DNA from: an uncultured Nitrospira sp. | GTDB taxonomy: Bacteria > Nitrospirota > Nitrospiria > Nitrospirales > Nitrospiraceae | DNA: 46,258 bases | Direction of reading: 5' to 3' | Assembly (NCBI GenBank): GCA_964570915.1 | Contig: CAZNBG010000001.1 | Coordinates: 1-46,258, forward strand | Shown: one piece after another, positions 1-8,874 of the stretch | How positions within the stretch are numbered: the stretch's first letter is position 1 | Layout: each line of letters starts with the position of its first letter | Translations under genes and position numbers: made by a program | Notes under the pieces: model-generated | Told to the model about the DNA's origin: nothing | What the model saw: only the letters and a program-made list of their open reading frames with translations | The model's database searches: none

Positions 1-133
1 CAGATCTGGCATTACGTGTTCAGAACCTATTCAGGACCGTGAGGGAAATGTCCTCAAGACTGTCTCTTGAAGTAGACACAAGAATTGAAGCATCGATCGA
101 ATACGTCCATTGTCTGGGTCAAAGAGCCCACGG

Positions 134-1078
134 CTATGCCAGACGATCACGCCCATGCGGCGTCGCAAGGTCTTGGTCGGGCCCGATCGGGACAATGCGG
201 GTAGGATTGATGTCGTCGTGGGTGATGTAGTAGTGCCGCTTGATGTGGTCGAAATTCACGGTTTCGGAGATGCCGTCGGTTTGGTAGAGGTCCTTGAGAT
301 ACCCAAAGAGGTTTGGGTAGTCGATGATTCGCCGGACGTTACACTTGAAATGGCCGTGGTATACCGCGTCGAACCGAATCAATGTGACGAAGAGCCGCCA
401 GTCGGTTTCAACCAACTCCGGCCCGAAGAGATAACGGTGGGATGCAAGGCGCGCATCGAGTTGATCCAACGCGGCGAACAATCGCCCTGCCGCGCGTTCA
501 TAGGCGCTCTGAGATGTGGCGAATCCCGCTCGGTAGACCCCGTCGTTCACGTTCTCGTAGATAAAGGTGTTGAGCTCGTCGATTTCCTGTCGCCATCCAT
601 CCGGGTATAAATCAATCGGACTTTCAGTGAATCGATTGAATTCACCATTGAAGATTCTCATCAGATCATCGTCGGAATTGGTGACGATGCGTTTGGTGAC
701 GCAATCCCACAGCACAGGAACCGTGATACGTCCGATATAGTTCGGGTCGGTCTTTTTGTACGCTTCGCGGAGAAACTGAAATCCATTGATGGGGTCGAGG
801 GAATGTCCGGCACCTTCGCGAAATGCCCATCCTCGCTCGTCGCGAATGGGATCCACGACGGTCATCCCGATCACAGCCTCGAGTTTTTTCAGCTTGCGCA
901 CGATGATCGTACGATGAGCCCACGGGCAAGCCCATGAGACGTAGAGATGATAGCGGCCGGCTTCGGCAGGATAGCCCGAACTCCCATTGGCTGTCACCCA
1001 CTCCCGGAACGCGTCCGCCTGGCGTGTAAACTCACCAGCCGGGGATTGTTCGTTGGGAAATTGCGCCCGAATCTTCAT
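134..1078 (-). CDS. yqjG: Glutathionyl-hydroquinone reductase (GST Xi/omega-like, YqjG/ECM4 family)
   Basis: GRYHLYVSWACPWAHR active-site motif, GRITVPVLWD, NDGVYRAGFA, FDHIKRHYY and INPTRIVPIGP, all typical of this family. Confidence 0.92.
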   Translation of the reverse strand: MKIRAQFPNEQSPAGEFTRQADAFREWVTANGSSGYPAEAGRYHLYVSWACPWAHRTIIVRKLKKLEAVIGMTVVDPIRDERGWAFREGAGHSLDPINGFQFLREAYKKTDPNYIGRITVPVLWDCVTKRIVTNSDDDLMRIFNGEFNRFTESPIDLYPDGWRQEIDELNTFIYENVNDGVYRAGFATSQSAYERAAGRLFAALDQLDARLASHRYLFGPELVETDWRLFVTLIRFDAVYHGHFKCNVRRIIDYPNLFGYLKDLYQTDGISETVNFDHIKRHYYITHDDINPTRIVPIGPDQDLATPHGRDRLA

Positions 1079-1300
1079 CCGCAGAGCCGATCCCTTTCGG
1101 AATCAGTATCTCATATCAATGCCACATGGTGTTAGGAGGCGCATGCATACCTGGCGAGTTTCGCGACGACATCGAAGTCAGCGCTCCACCGCCGAACCGA
1201 TAGGTTGGCCATGGATTCCATTCCGTAATGACGCCGTAACCTTTGTGTCCATTGGAGAGGATTGTCCGATGGTTGCTCGCGGCGTCTCAAGAGGCGCGGC

Positions 1301-1753
1301 TCAGCGATATTTTGCGAAGCAGATAAGGTCAAGATGGTCGTAATGATCGGGAAGAATCGTTTCGGCCTTGTAGCCGAGCTTCATAAAGAACTGAATGTTT
1401 CTCGCCGTGCGCAGCATGGTGCAGGCGTAAAATTTATGAGCATCGGCCGTCGTTTGTTCGATCTCATGGATCAGCGCCATGCCCACTCCTTGACGCCGGT
1501 ACGTCGGACTCACGGAAAGCAACCGGATCACGCACACACCGGCCACTGTCCAAAAGCGCACCGATCCGACAATCCTACCCTCCTCTTCCGCCACGAGAAT
1601 ATGTTTCTCCCGTGCATCCCCTTTCAGACTCTCGAGCGTTTCCGTCGTCCAGCCGCTTACCTTGTAGAGGCCTGCATATTCACCGAACGCAACTTGTTGC
1701 ACCTGGAGGAGAGCAGGAAAATCCACTTCTGTCGCTGGGCGAATGTGAACCAC
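1301..1753 (-). CDS. GNAT family N-acetyltransferase
   Basis: N-terminal IRPAT, acetyl-CoA motif A (LSVSPTYRRQGVGMAL), and NIQFFMKLGY. Confidence 0.88.
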   Translation of the reverse strand: MVHIRPATEVDFPALLQVQQVAFGEYAGLYKVSGWTTETLESLKGDAREKHILVAEEEGRIVGSVRFWTVAGVCVIRLLSVSPTYRRQGVGMALIHEIEQTTADAHKFYACTMLRTARNIQFFMKLGYKAETILPDHYDHLDLICFAKYR

Positions 1754-1936
1754 GTGGAACTCAGGTTAAGCAATGACTCCCCACTCTCTTAGCGGAAGCG
1801 AGCGAAACTCGCAAGCGTGATCAGCCTGGTTTTTGCGAGCGGGTGACGAGGGACACCCCCGAAGAAACCTGGATCGCTATCCGGAATGAGGCCGACCGAA
1901 AGCATGCACGGGTACTACCGGCAGACCGTGCTTCCT

Positions 1937-2143
1937 TCACGCAGCCTGACTGTCGTACCGGTGTCGATCAGGTCCTGTCGATCGGCTCGACTGTGGGAGG
2001 ACGCGCTGATTATGGCGGATCACATCGTCAACGACCATCCCACAATTGACGCAGCGCCAACCATGGAAGTCCGACGACGAACCGATCTGCACCGAGATAC
2101 TGTCGTCCTTAACGGCGAGGCCGTTGCATCGGAGACAATTCAT
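1937..2143 (-). CDS. Small zinc-ribbon-like protein (CxxC...CxxC)
   Basis: MNCLRCNG...GWRCVNCG; start overlaps the upstream stop (ATGA) with a GGGGAG RBS. Confidence 0.75.
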   Translation of the reverse strand: MNCLRCNGLAVKDDSISVQIGSSSDFHGWRCVNCGMVVDDVIRHNQRVLPQSSRSTGPDRHRYDSQAA

Positions 2144-2454
2144 CGCTCATCTCCCCGTTGACTGTCCCAGCCCATCCGAGAAGCTGGGTCCGGAACCCGT
2201 GTAGCATGGATCATGCGTTCAATTCGCGTAGCGCGCAGCAATACCGTCCCGTCTTGAAAGCCCAGCACATAACGCGCCAAGATGCCGGGGGGACATAGAC
2301 GATAATCGTCGGTACGATCCCTGTTCATCACGGCATCACGCAGCCCGTTTTCTTCGGCCCTCCACCCATCCACCTCAGGTTCCGTACAAGCTTGTGCGAC
2401 CTGCCGCCGACACCACTCAATACGAACATTGACGGGGTTCGTTGTCCGATCCAT
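2140..2454 (-). CDS. Hypothetical protein
   Basis: 104-aa ORF with AGGGGTG RBS, downstream of a sigma54 motif and coupled to the next ORF. Confidence 0.7.
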   Translation of the reverse strand: MDRTTNPVNVRIEWCRRQVAQACTEPEVDGWRAEENGLRDAVMNRDRTDDYRLCPPGILARYVLGFQDGTVLLRATRIERMIHATRVPDPASRMGWDSQRGDER

Positions 2455-2496
2455 GGTTCACCCCTTTCGTTATTCAAGTCCTGCCTTTACGGTAAC

Positions 2497-2512
2497 AGCA
2501 AGTTAAATGCCA
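2497..2512 (-). promoter_or_regulatory. Sigma54 -24/-12 promoter
   Basis: Minus strand TGGCATT-TAAC-TTGCT (GG-N10-GC), about 45 bp upstream of the 2454 start. Confidence 0.75.
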
Positions 2513-2641
2513 CGGGAAAGCCATATCAAGAAGCACTTCGCCCCACTCTTTGCACGAAAAGCTTTGTATGGAATTGGAATGAGTTACGATAAGAACGAGG
2601 CCTAGATGACCAATGATGTGGATACCAAAGTAGCCAGTGAA

Positions 2642-2876
2642 GTGAAGGATAGATGCGGCTAGATTGTATGGTGAACGAACTAGGTGGAACCCTTGCTTGG
2701 AAGCCCGGGCCCCGATGACGGAGAGGGGAGGGAATGTGACACAGGGCATCCTGGAGGTTTTTCACGGGGAGGACCCAAGGGGGTGGGAGCCGGTTGTGTG
2801 ACGTGAAGGAGAGAGGGGCCAGATTGTATGGTTGGCGAACTAGGTGGAACCCTTGATTTGTAGCGCGAGGCACCGA
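2642..2876. repeat. Imperfect direct repeat, two copies of about 75 bp with 160-bp period
   Basis: AGATTGTATGGT-N3-CGAACTAGGTGGAACCCTTG begins at both 2661 and 2821; GTGAAGGA precedes both copies. Confidence 0.9.
2701..2818 (-). ncRNA. Candidate sRNA with C-rich (CCUCC) loops
   Basis: Begins just downstream of a minus-strand TACAAT; TTCACG/CGTGAA stem (2761/2802); several CCUCC(C) motifs; no convincing ORF. Confidence 0.35.
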
Positions 2877-3133
2877 AGATTTACATGGGGCAGTAGAGAA
2901 AACGGATGAGAGAAGAATGTGGACTATCTGAAATAGAGGGAAGAGGTTCTTCTGCCGCTTCTCTCGAACGAGGTTGTCACCCACTCTGTCGTTCTGCTCT
3001 TGTCCATGAGCGACACGCTTTTCAATCGCCGCCTGGATTCATATCGGCTTCGTCGAGTATGTGCGCGCCCCCTCGTATTCGGGTATAGTGTCGCGGGTTA
3101 TTCGTTAAACGAACGTGCAACCTGCGAGGAGCT

Positions 3134-3973
3134 GTGATGGATGAACATCGGGGTGGAGCCGTTCAAGATTTTATGCATCGGTACCTGGAGGTGGTTCCCC
3201 AAGATGCGACGGTCATGGCCGCGGCCGAGCGCATGGGTGTCAGACGGATCGGCTGTGTGCTGGTGGAATCAGATGATCCCAAGCGAGGACCGTTCGGGAT
3301 CATGACGGAGACAGATCTTGTGCGGAAAGTGCTTGCGAAGGGATTAGACCCTTCGGTCACGACGGTGGATCGAGTGATGGTCAGCCCGATTCTGACAATC
3401 GCCGCGGACCGTTCCATGTTGGATGCCAGCCATTTGATGGAAGCCAATCATGTACGCCACCTCTGTGTGGTGGAGGCCGGTGAGATTGTCGGAATCATTT
3501 CGGTGCGGGATTTGGTGCGATCATTTGTGGATGCGGAGAGCGGCCCCGTCTGCGAACTTGATAAGGTGTACCGCCCGCTGAGTGTCTTGATGGCCGGGAC
3601 CCTTGCGACGATCCTTAGTGATGCGTCGCTTCAAGCGGCCGCTCAGCTGATGAGTGAGAAGCGGGTCGGCTCATTGTTGACGATCGAGGCAGGCGAAATT
3701 GTCGGCATAGTGACCGAGCGGGATCTGGCCCGGAAAGGGCTGGCCACCAACCGGTATGCAGGCGGCACTCAGGTCAGTACCGTGATGAGCTCTCCTCTGC
3801 TCAGTATCGATGTCAATCGTACGATACGTGATGCTAGTCAAGTGATGGCCGAGCAAGGGGTGCGTCATTTGGCGGTGACGGAGAACGGTAAAATCATCGG
3901 AGTGCTCTCCGTGCGAGACTTGGTGAAAATGGTCTCTGTCCGGGATCGGCCGAGGTTTCTCGGCAGGACTTAG
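3134..3973 (+). CDS. CBS-domain protein (four CBS motifs, two Bateman modules)
   Basis: Internal duplication GIMTETDL/GIVTERDL and VRHLCV..GIISVRDL/VRHLAV..GVLSVRDL; GAGGAG RBS. Confidence 0.9.
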   Translation: MMDEHRGGAVQDFMHRYLEVVPQDATVMAAAERMGVRRIGCVLVESDDPKRGPFGIMTETDLVRKVLAKGLDPSVTTVDRVMVSPILTIAADRSMLDASHLMEANHVRHLCVVEAGEIVGIISVRDLVRSFVDAESGPVCELDKVYRPLSVLMAGTLATILSDASLQAAAQLMSEKRVGSLLTIEAGEIVGIVTERDLARKGLATNRYAGGTQVSTVMSSPLLSIDVNRTIRDASQVMAEQGVRHLAVTENGKIIGVLSVRDLVKMVSVRDRPRFLGRT

Positions 3974-4020
3974 CAGGATGAGGAAGCCTCGCGCGTCTCT
4001 CTGCGCACTCCGACGTTGAT

Positions 4021-4302
4021 ATGTCGAACAAACCACGGCGCTCTCCGGATCTTCCGAAAGCAGCGATTGAGGTTTTGTGGGGTGGTAACGTGATCGAGGC
4101 GATCAAGCGTGTTCGCCAGCAACGGAATATCGGTCTGAAAGAGGCGAAGGATTTGGTAGATGCGCATATCGCATCTGACCCGGCGCTCAAGAAAAAGATG
4201 GACCAGATGCTCGCAACGGCGCAGCAGAGATTTGTCCGTTGGCTGGTCGGCTTTCTGGTGCTTGCCGCCGGAGTGGCGTATCTCGTGATGAAAGGTCCGT
4301 GA
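4021..4302 (+). CDS. Small protein with ribosomal L7/L12 C-terminal-like motif and C-terminal TM helix
   Basis: IEAIKRVRQQRNIGLKEAKDLVD motif; hydrophobic tail WLVGFLVLAAGVAYLVM. Confidence 0.75.
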   Translation: MSNKPRRSPDLPKAAIEVLWGGNVIEAIKRVRQQRNIGLKEAKDLVDAHIASDPALKKKMDQMLATAQQRFVRWLVGFLVLAAGVAYLVMKGP

Positions 4303-4356
4303 AGCAGTGGGCAGGGAAGACGCGAACAGATCGTTTCTGGTACACTCCACGCCACG

Positions 4357-4650
4357 ATGACGGAGGAATTAAGAGTGGAATACAATCTTCCCATGAAGGC
4401 ACTGGAGGCGCTGTTGGAAGGCAACCGCAGCAAAGCGATCGAAGAGGTTCAGCTTGACCGCAATATCAGTCGCGAGGATGCCAGAGAGATCGTCGCGGCC
4501 TTTATTCTCTCGCAACCTTCGCTGCAAGATAAAATGAGATTTGTGGAGAACCGAGCAGGGACACAATGGGGTCTCATGCGCTGGTTGATCTTGCTTCAAG
4601 CGATTGCGGTCGCAGTCGGATACTTCCTCTTTTTCCGAGATCAATGGTGA
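4357..4650 (+). CDS. Paralog of the preceding L7/L12-like membrane-anchored protein
   Basis: LPMKALEALLEGNRSKAIEEV..RNISREDAREIV aligns with the preceding ORF; C-terminal TM helix. Confidence 0.7.
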   Translation: MTEELRVEYNLPMKALEALLEGNRSKAIEEVQLDRNISREDAREIVAAFILSQPSLQDKMRFVENRAGTQWGLMRWLILLQAIAVAVGYFLFFRDQW

Positions 4651-4946
4651 GTGGGCCTGCCGGGCAGGGGCGTGACATCTCGTCCCTGATTTGCTGTCGC
4701 CTGTCTTTCCGCTTGACATCTGCTCCTTCTACCGTTGCTTCGACAGATTGAGAAAACAGCACCGCGCATGTGGTCGGTCAGAAAAGTCATGGAGTCGTTC
4801 CACCCCATGGGGGCCTGGCTAGGGTATGGGTGTGACGCTGTTGACCTCTTCAGACTGTAGGGAAGCGAAAACGCTTTTTCAGGCACACGTAGTCGGACGG
4901 CCACTCATTTCCTCACAAACATAGGCTCATAAATCTCGAAGGCGGC

Positions 4947-4962
4947 TGGCCTGAATGGTGCA
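4947..4962 (+). promoter_or_regulatory. Possible sigma54 -24/-12 promoter
   Basis: TGGCCTG-AATG-GTGCA has GG-N10-GC spacing but is a weaker match and lies about 300 bp from the next start. Confidence 0.3.
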
Positions 4963-5264
4963 AGAACAATTCGTTCTCACACCCTGGAATGTGGGGTTTG
5001 GATGTGAGGGTACCGGCTCTCGGTCAGATCCGAGGCATCCATCGGCCCACGAAGGGATTGAATAAACCCGAAATAATGGATTACTGTTAAGGCGAGATGT
5101 TTATCTGAAAGCCGCAAGCAACACCTGTGTACCAAGACCTCGACCTTCAGAACAACGGACAAATCTAGTGGCCGAGCGGGGATATTTGTCCAATGCCTCT
5201 TGATGTCAATGGAGGCACAATACGCGTGACGAGGATGCAAAATACGCTCAGTAAGGGCCAAGCG

Positions 5265-6101
5265 ATGGCTGATCGTACGGCAACGGTGAGCCGCCTGGAA
5301 GAGGTGGTATCGACGTCGGATGAGTTCGATCAGGTCGTTTCACAAGCGTTACCGAGTTTGTTAGATCGGGCGACGAGCTATACGAAACGGTTCTTGCGGG
5401 AAACCGGGCAGTGGAATGACGACATCGAGCATGAAAAATTCGCGTTGCGTTGGGGTTCGGAATACCTTGAACGCTTTCTCGTCTGTGGACGTAGCGAAGT
5501 TCCATGCCGGCCGTTATTTCTGTTTGATTCGCTGGTGGCCAAACAGCACAGTAAACCGGAACCGTTCTGTTATCACCCGGACTTACTGAGGCCGCTCGGT
5601 CGATTTCTCGATGGGCTTGTGGCTCGGGCGGTCATCAGCCGCGACGCGCTCATCGCGTTGTATCGCCACTGTTACGGGTGGGGTGCGGGAGAAGTGATCG
5701 CGGTGACCGGACTCAATGGATTGGAGAGCCAACGGATCTATAAGAATTTCCGGCGCTGGCGTGAGAGCGGCTGGCAGCGTACGATGAATGAGGTGGGCCT
5801 GACCAAGTCAGAATTATCGGAGTTGAGTAACCAGCAGCAGCGCCATCGTCAACGATTCAACAGTGAGGCCGAGCGGCTGATCCGGGTGGCCCAGGCGCAT
5901 TACCGAAAAAGTGAGCCGGATCACTACCCCTGTCTTTCGCGGTCTCAATGGGGAGAGATGTTCACTCAAGGGTATGGGTGTGATTACCGGATTTGGCATC
6001 TGGCGCTTTGTCTGGATTGCATGCAAACGGCGTGGGGGTTGGGGGTCAACGGTTCGGTGAGCGAAGAAAAACCGCGCCTGGAATTGCAAGTTCGGCCCTA
6101 A
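5265..6101 (+). CDS. Hypothetical protein: divergent ECF sigma region-4-like HTH plus C-terminal ZAS (zf-HC2-like) motif
   Basis: DALIALYRHCYGWGAGEVIAVTGLNGLESQRIYKNFRRWR resembles sigma70 region 4; H-x24-HLALCLDC near the C-terminus; start could be 5193, 5235 or 5265. Confidence 0.6.
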   Translation: MADRTATVSRLEEVVSTSDEFDQVVSQALPSLLDRATSYTKRFLRETGQWNDDIEHEKFALRWGSEYLERFLVCGRSEVPCRPLFLFDSLVAKQHSKPEPFCYHPDLLRPLGRFLDGLVARAVISRDALIALYRHCYGWGAGEVIAVTGLNGLESQRIYKNFRRWRESGWQRTMNEVGLTKSELSELSNQQQRHRQRFNSEAERLIRVAQAHYRKSEPDHYPCLSRSQWGEMFTQGYGCDYRIWHLALCLDCMQTAWGLGVNGSVSEEKPRLELQVRP

Positions 6102-6132
6102 GCAGGACACGTGTGGGCTAAGGAGGCTCTCT

Positions 6133-7392
6133 ATGGGTCACGAAGAGGATTTGGAAGGCTATCGGTCACAACTTCTTGAGTCGCTGAGCAGCCGACCCAG
6201 CCACTCTATCCGGGACGGATCGGATCCAATCCAAGTGTATGTCAACGAACGGCGTGTCGGGGCGCTTGAAGCAGCGAAAATCGGCGCGATGCTGCAAGTG
6301 CAGAGTCTTGATCGCATCGACACGGTACAGCTTCGCACCGAGGAAGGCTCTCTGCTCGGCGGACTGGCCGCCCCTGAATATGGGTTCAGGACGAATCGTG
6401 TTCGGCTTTCCGCCGATATCGTCGAACTCTGTGTTCACAACACAGTTCAAGGAGGATCACTCAACGCCGTGTTCGTTCCCGCACCAAGCTTCTGGAGTCA
6501 GACTTGGAAGGGCTTCGCTGCTGTTGTCGATATGTTCGCGGTCCGACGTTCGAATCCTGCAGTCGCCCCTGGCATGCGAGGCCTCGTCTTTGCGCAAGTG
6601 GTACTCGTGATTCTCATCGGCGGGTTAGTCGCAGATCGACTGACAGGGTGGATGACTCCGGAACAAGTTTCAACGCCGGTTGCCCAAGAGGAGGTCTCGC
6701 CCCCTGCCTCACTCGCTCAAGTGGCAAAACTCGAACAGCAATTGGATGAGCTTGCGCGAATGCAAGCAAAAGTCGGAGAGGCCCTTGGCTCCCAACAGAA
6801 AGGCATGGCGCAACTGCAGCAAGCCATGGTCAAACTATCGTCGACGCAGGACTCCGTCGAGTCCAGCGTGTTGACCGTCAGGCAGGAACTGGAAAAGCAG
6901 CAGGCAGCAAGCCGGGAAGTCGAGCGTGTGGTGCACCAGCCCTCGAACAAAGCACAGATGAGGCATGGACAGATCGAAGCAGCCATCCATAGCCTTACCG
7001 TTGACAACGACCGACTATCCAAGGAAGTCGCCGGGCTGGAACAGTACAATCAAGACCTGAAACATAAGTTGCTTGCAGCTGGTCTAAACGCCTCGAAAGG
7101 CTCCGCTGTGAATCCGGACAAGCTATTGGCTCGGCAAGCTGAGGTAATGCAACCGACCCAACCGGGGATACAGAGTGGTCAAGCGCAACCGTTTTTCTTC
7201 TGGGTCACCTTTAGCGAGGGGGCCACTCAGGAAAGCATCGACCAGTGGTTGAATGAAATGAAGGGCCATAAAGGAGCCGTGAACGAAGGTTGGCAGGAAG
7301 TACGGATCGTTCCACCGGCAGTCCCGCCCGATCGATTCTTGGAGCAGATCAGAGGAGAAAAAATCGTAAAGGCCGCGCGGATCACCCAGTAG
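6133..7392 (+). CDS. Single-pass membrane protein with coiled coil, anti-sigma-like architecture
   Basis: AGGAGG RBS; N-terminal soluble domain, TM helix (LVFAQVVLVILIGGLVA), Q/E/L-rich heptad region, C-terminal WVTFSEGATQESIDQWL...IRGEKIVKAA domain. Confidence 0.65.
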   Translation: MGHEEDLEGYRSQLLESLSSRPSHSIRDGSDPIQVYVNERRVGALEAAKIGAMLQVQSLDRIDTVQLRTEEGSLLGGLAAPEYGFRTNRVRLSADIVELCVHNTVQGGSLNAVFVPAPSFWSQTWKGFAAVVDMFAVRRSNPAVAPGMRGLVFAQVVLVILIGGLVADRLTGWMTPEQVSTPVAQEEVSPPASLAQVAKLEQQLDELARMQAKVGEALGSQQKGMAQLQQAMVKLSSTQDSVESSVLTVRQELEKQQAASREVERVVHQPSNKAQMRHGQIEAAIHSLTVDNDRLSKEVAGLEQYNQDLKHKLLAAGLNASKGSAVNPDKLLARQAEVMQPTQPGIQSGQAQPFFFWVTFSEGATQESIDQWLNEMKGHKGAVNEGWQEVRIVPPAVPPDRFLEQIRGEKIVKAARITQ

Positions 7393-7397
7393 ATTGG

Positions 7398-7415
7398 ACG
7401 CTCCGCGAGGGGCGT
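7398..7415 (+). terminator. Hairpin downstream of 6133-7392
   Basis: ACGCTCC-GCGA-GGGGCGT stem with GNRA loop; no U tract. Confidence 0.35.
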
Positions 7416-7757
7416 GCACCGGTATCAGTGCAGTGGCCTTGATGCGCTGCGAAAAAGGGGAAGTGGTCGTGTATCGTATGTCCTGTCGGCAAGTCAAGCA
7501 GGCTCGAACGGACATATTCCGGTTTGCGGGTGGAGATTTTGTCCGTTGAGTCGGAGGCCACTGGCCGGTAGCATAAATCATCACGGTTATGAACCGAGAA
7601 GCAGGAAGTATCACGAACAGTCCTAGCTACGATGGCAAGACCGCAATGTTCGACTTCCAGCCGATCTAGAGTGGGCACGATTAAACAACAGCCCGTATAA
7701 CGTACCAAGTAAGCTGACGACTCAAGAAGCAGTCGATCACGAGGAGAAAGGAATATC

Positions 7758-8873
7758 ATGAGAATTGCACAAGTCGCCCCGCTTTGGGAAAGTGTCCCGC
7801 CCAAGCTCTATGGGGGCACCGAACGTATCGTTTCGTACATCACAGAAGAGTTGGTTGCCATGGGACATGACGTCACATTGTTTGCCAGCGGCGACTCAGA
7901 AACAGCCGCGCGGCTCGAGGCGATTTGCCCGCAAGCGCTCCGCTTGAATACCGGTATCTTCAACCGAGACGCTCCGTTGATGATGCTGCAGGAACGGGCT
8001 CTTGGAGCGACCGTCGACTTCGACATTATCCATTCACATCTTGATTTCATCGGATTTCCGTTAGCCCGGAGAAATACCGTTCCGGTCGTGACGACGTTGC
8101 ATGGTCGCCTGGACCTTCCTGAATTGGTCCCTGTCTTCCGCGAATTTTCCGAAATGCCTTTGGTGTCCATATCGGACGCTCAGCGCCATCCGCTTCCCTG
8201 GGCACACTGGGCCGGGACCGTCCATCATGGCCTTCCGCGAAGCCTGTACTCGTTTCATCCACAAGCGCAAGGATATTTAGCGTTTCTGGGGCGGATCTCT
8301 CCTGAAAAACGTCCGGACCAGGCAATTGAAATCGCCAAACGGGCAGGTCTTCCACTGCGCATCGCGGCAAAAGTCGATCCCGCCGACCAGAACTACTTCG
8401 AAGCTGAAATTGAACCCTTGCTCAATCATCCCTTGATCGAGTTTATTGGGGAGATTTCCGATGCAGAGAAGGATGAGTTTATCGGCAATGCCATGGCGCT
8501 GGTGTGTCCCTACGACTGGCCGGAACCCTTTGGGTTGGTATTGATCGAAGCCCTTGCCTGTGGAACCCCGGTGTTAGCTTATCGGCGTGGGTCGATCCCG
8601 GAAATCATCAATCATGGAGTTACCGGCTTTATTTGTGAGACCGTGTCGGAGATGGTGGACGCGGTCGGTCAGGTGGCCCTCATTGACCGGGGGCAGTGCC
8701 GGGCGGCCTTTGACGAACGGTTTACCGCGGATCGGATGGCGCGTGACTATGTGGCCCTGTATGAGCGTCTTCTCGAGGACGGAGATGGTCAAACTGCGCA
8801 CGCCTTCGCGTCCGGGCAGCTGAATAATGGAAGCTTCAAGACAGAACAGCATCAAATTCTTGGGCGAGGGTGA
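7758..8873 (+). CDS. Glycosyltransferase family 4 (GT-B)
   Basis: MRIAQVAPLWESVPPKLYGGTER, LGRISPEK, and EPFGLVLIEALACGTPV (E-x7-E motif). Confidence 0.93.
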   Translation: MRIAQVAPLWESVPPKLYGGTERIVSYITEELVAMGHDVTLFASGDSETAARLEAICPQALRLNTGIFNRDAPLMMLQERALGATVDFDIIHSHLDFIGFPLARRNTVPVVTTLHGRLDLPELVPVFREFSEMPLVSISDAQRHPLPWAHWAGTVHHGLPRSLYSFHPQAQGYLAFLGRISPEKRPDQAIEIAKRAGLPLRIAAKVDPADQNYFEAEIEPLLNHPLIEFIGEISDAEKDEFIGNAMALVCPYDWPEPFGLVLIEALACGTPVLAYRRGSIPEIINHGVTGFICETVSEMVDAVGQVALIDRGQCRAAFDERFTADRMARDYVALYERLLEDGDGQTAHAFASGQLNNGSFKTEQHQILGRG

Positions 8874-8874
8874 C

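Noticed and set aside
1110-1125. Sigma54 promoter upstream of yqjG
   Set aside because: TGGCAT is present on the minus strand but there is no GC at the -12 position
2642-2876. CRISPR array
   Set aside because: Only two imperfect copies, a 160-bp period that is too long, and no cas genes
2474-2984. ORFs 2474-2749 and 2526-2984 sharing QGFHLVR.PYNLA
   Set aside because: The shared peptide is simply the translation of the DNA repeat; no RBS and composition is not protein-like
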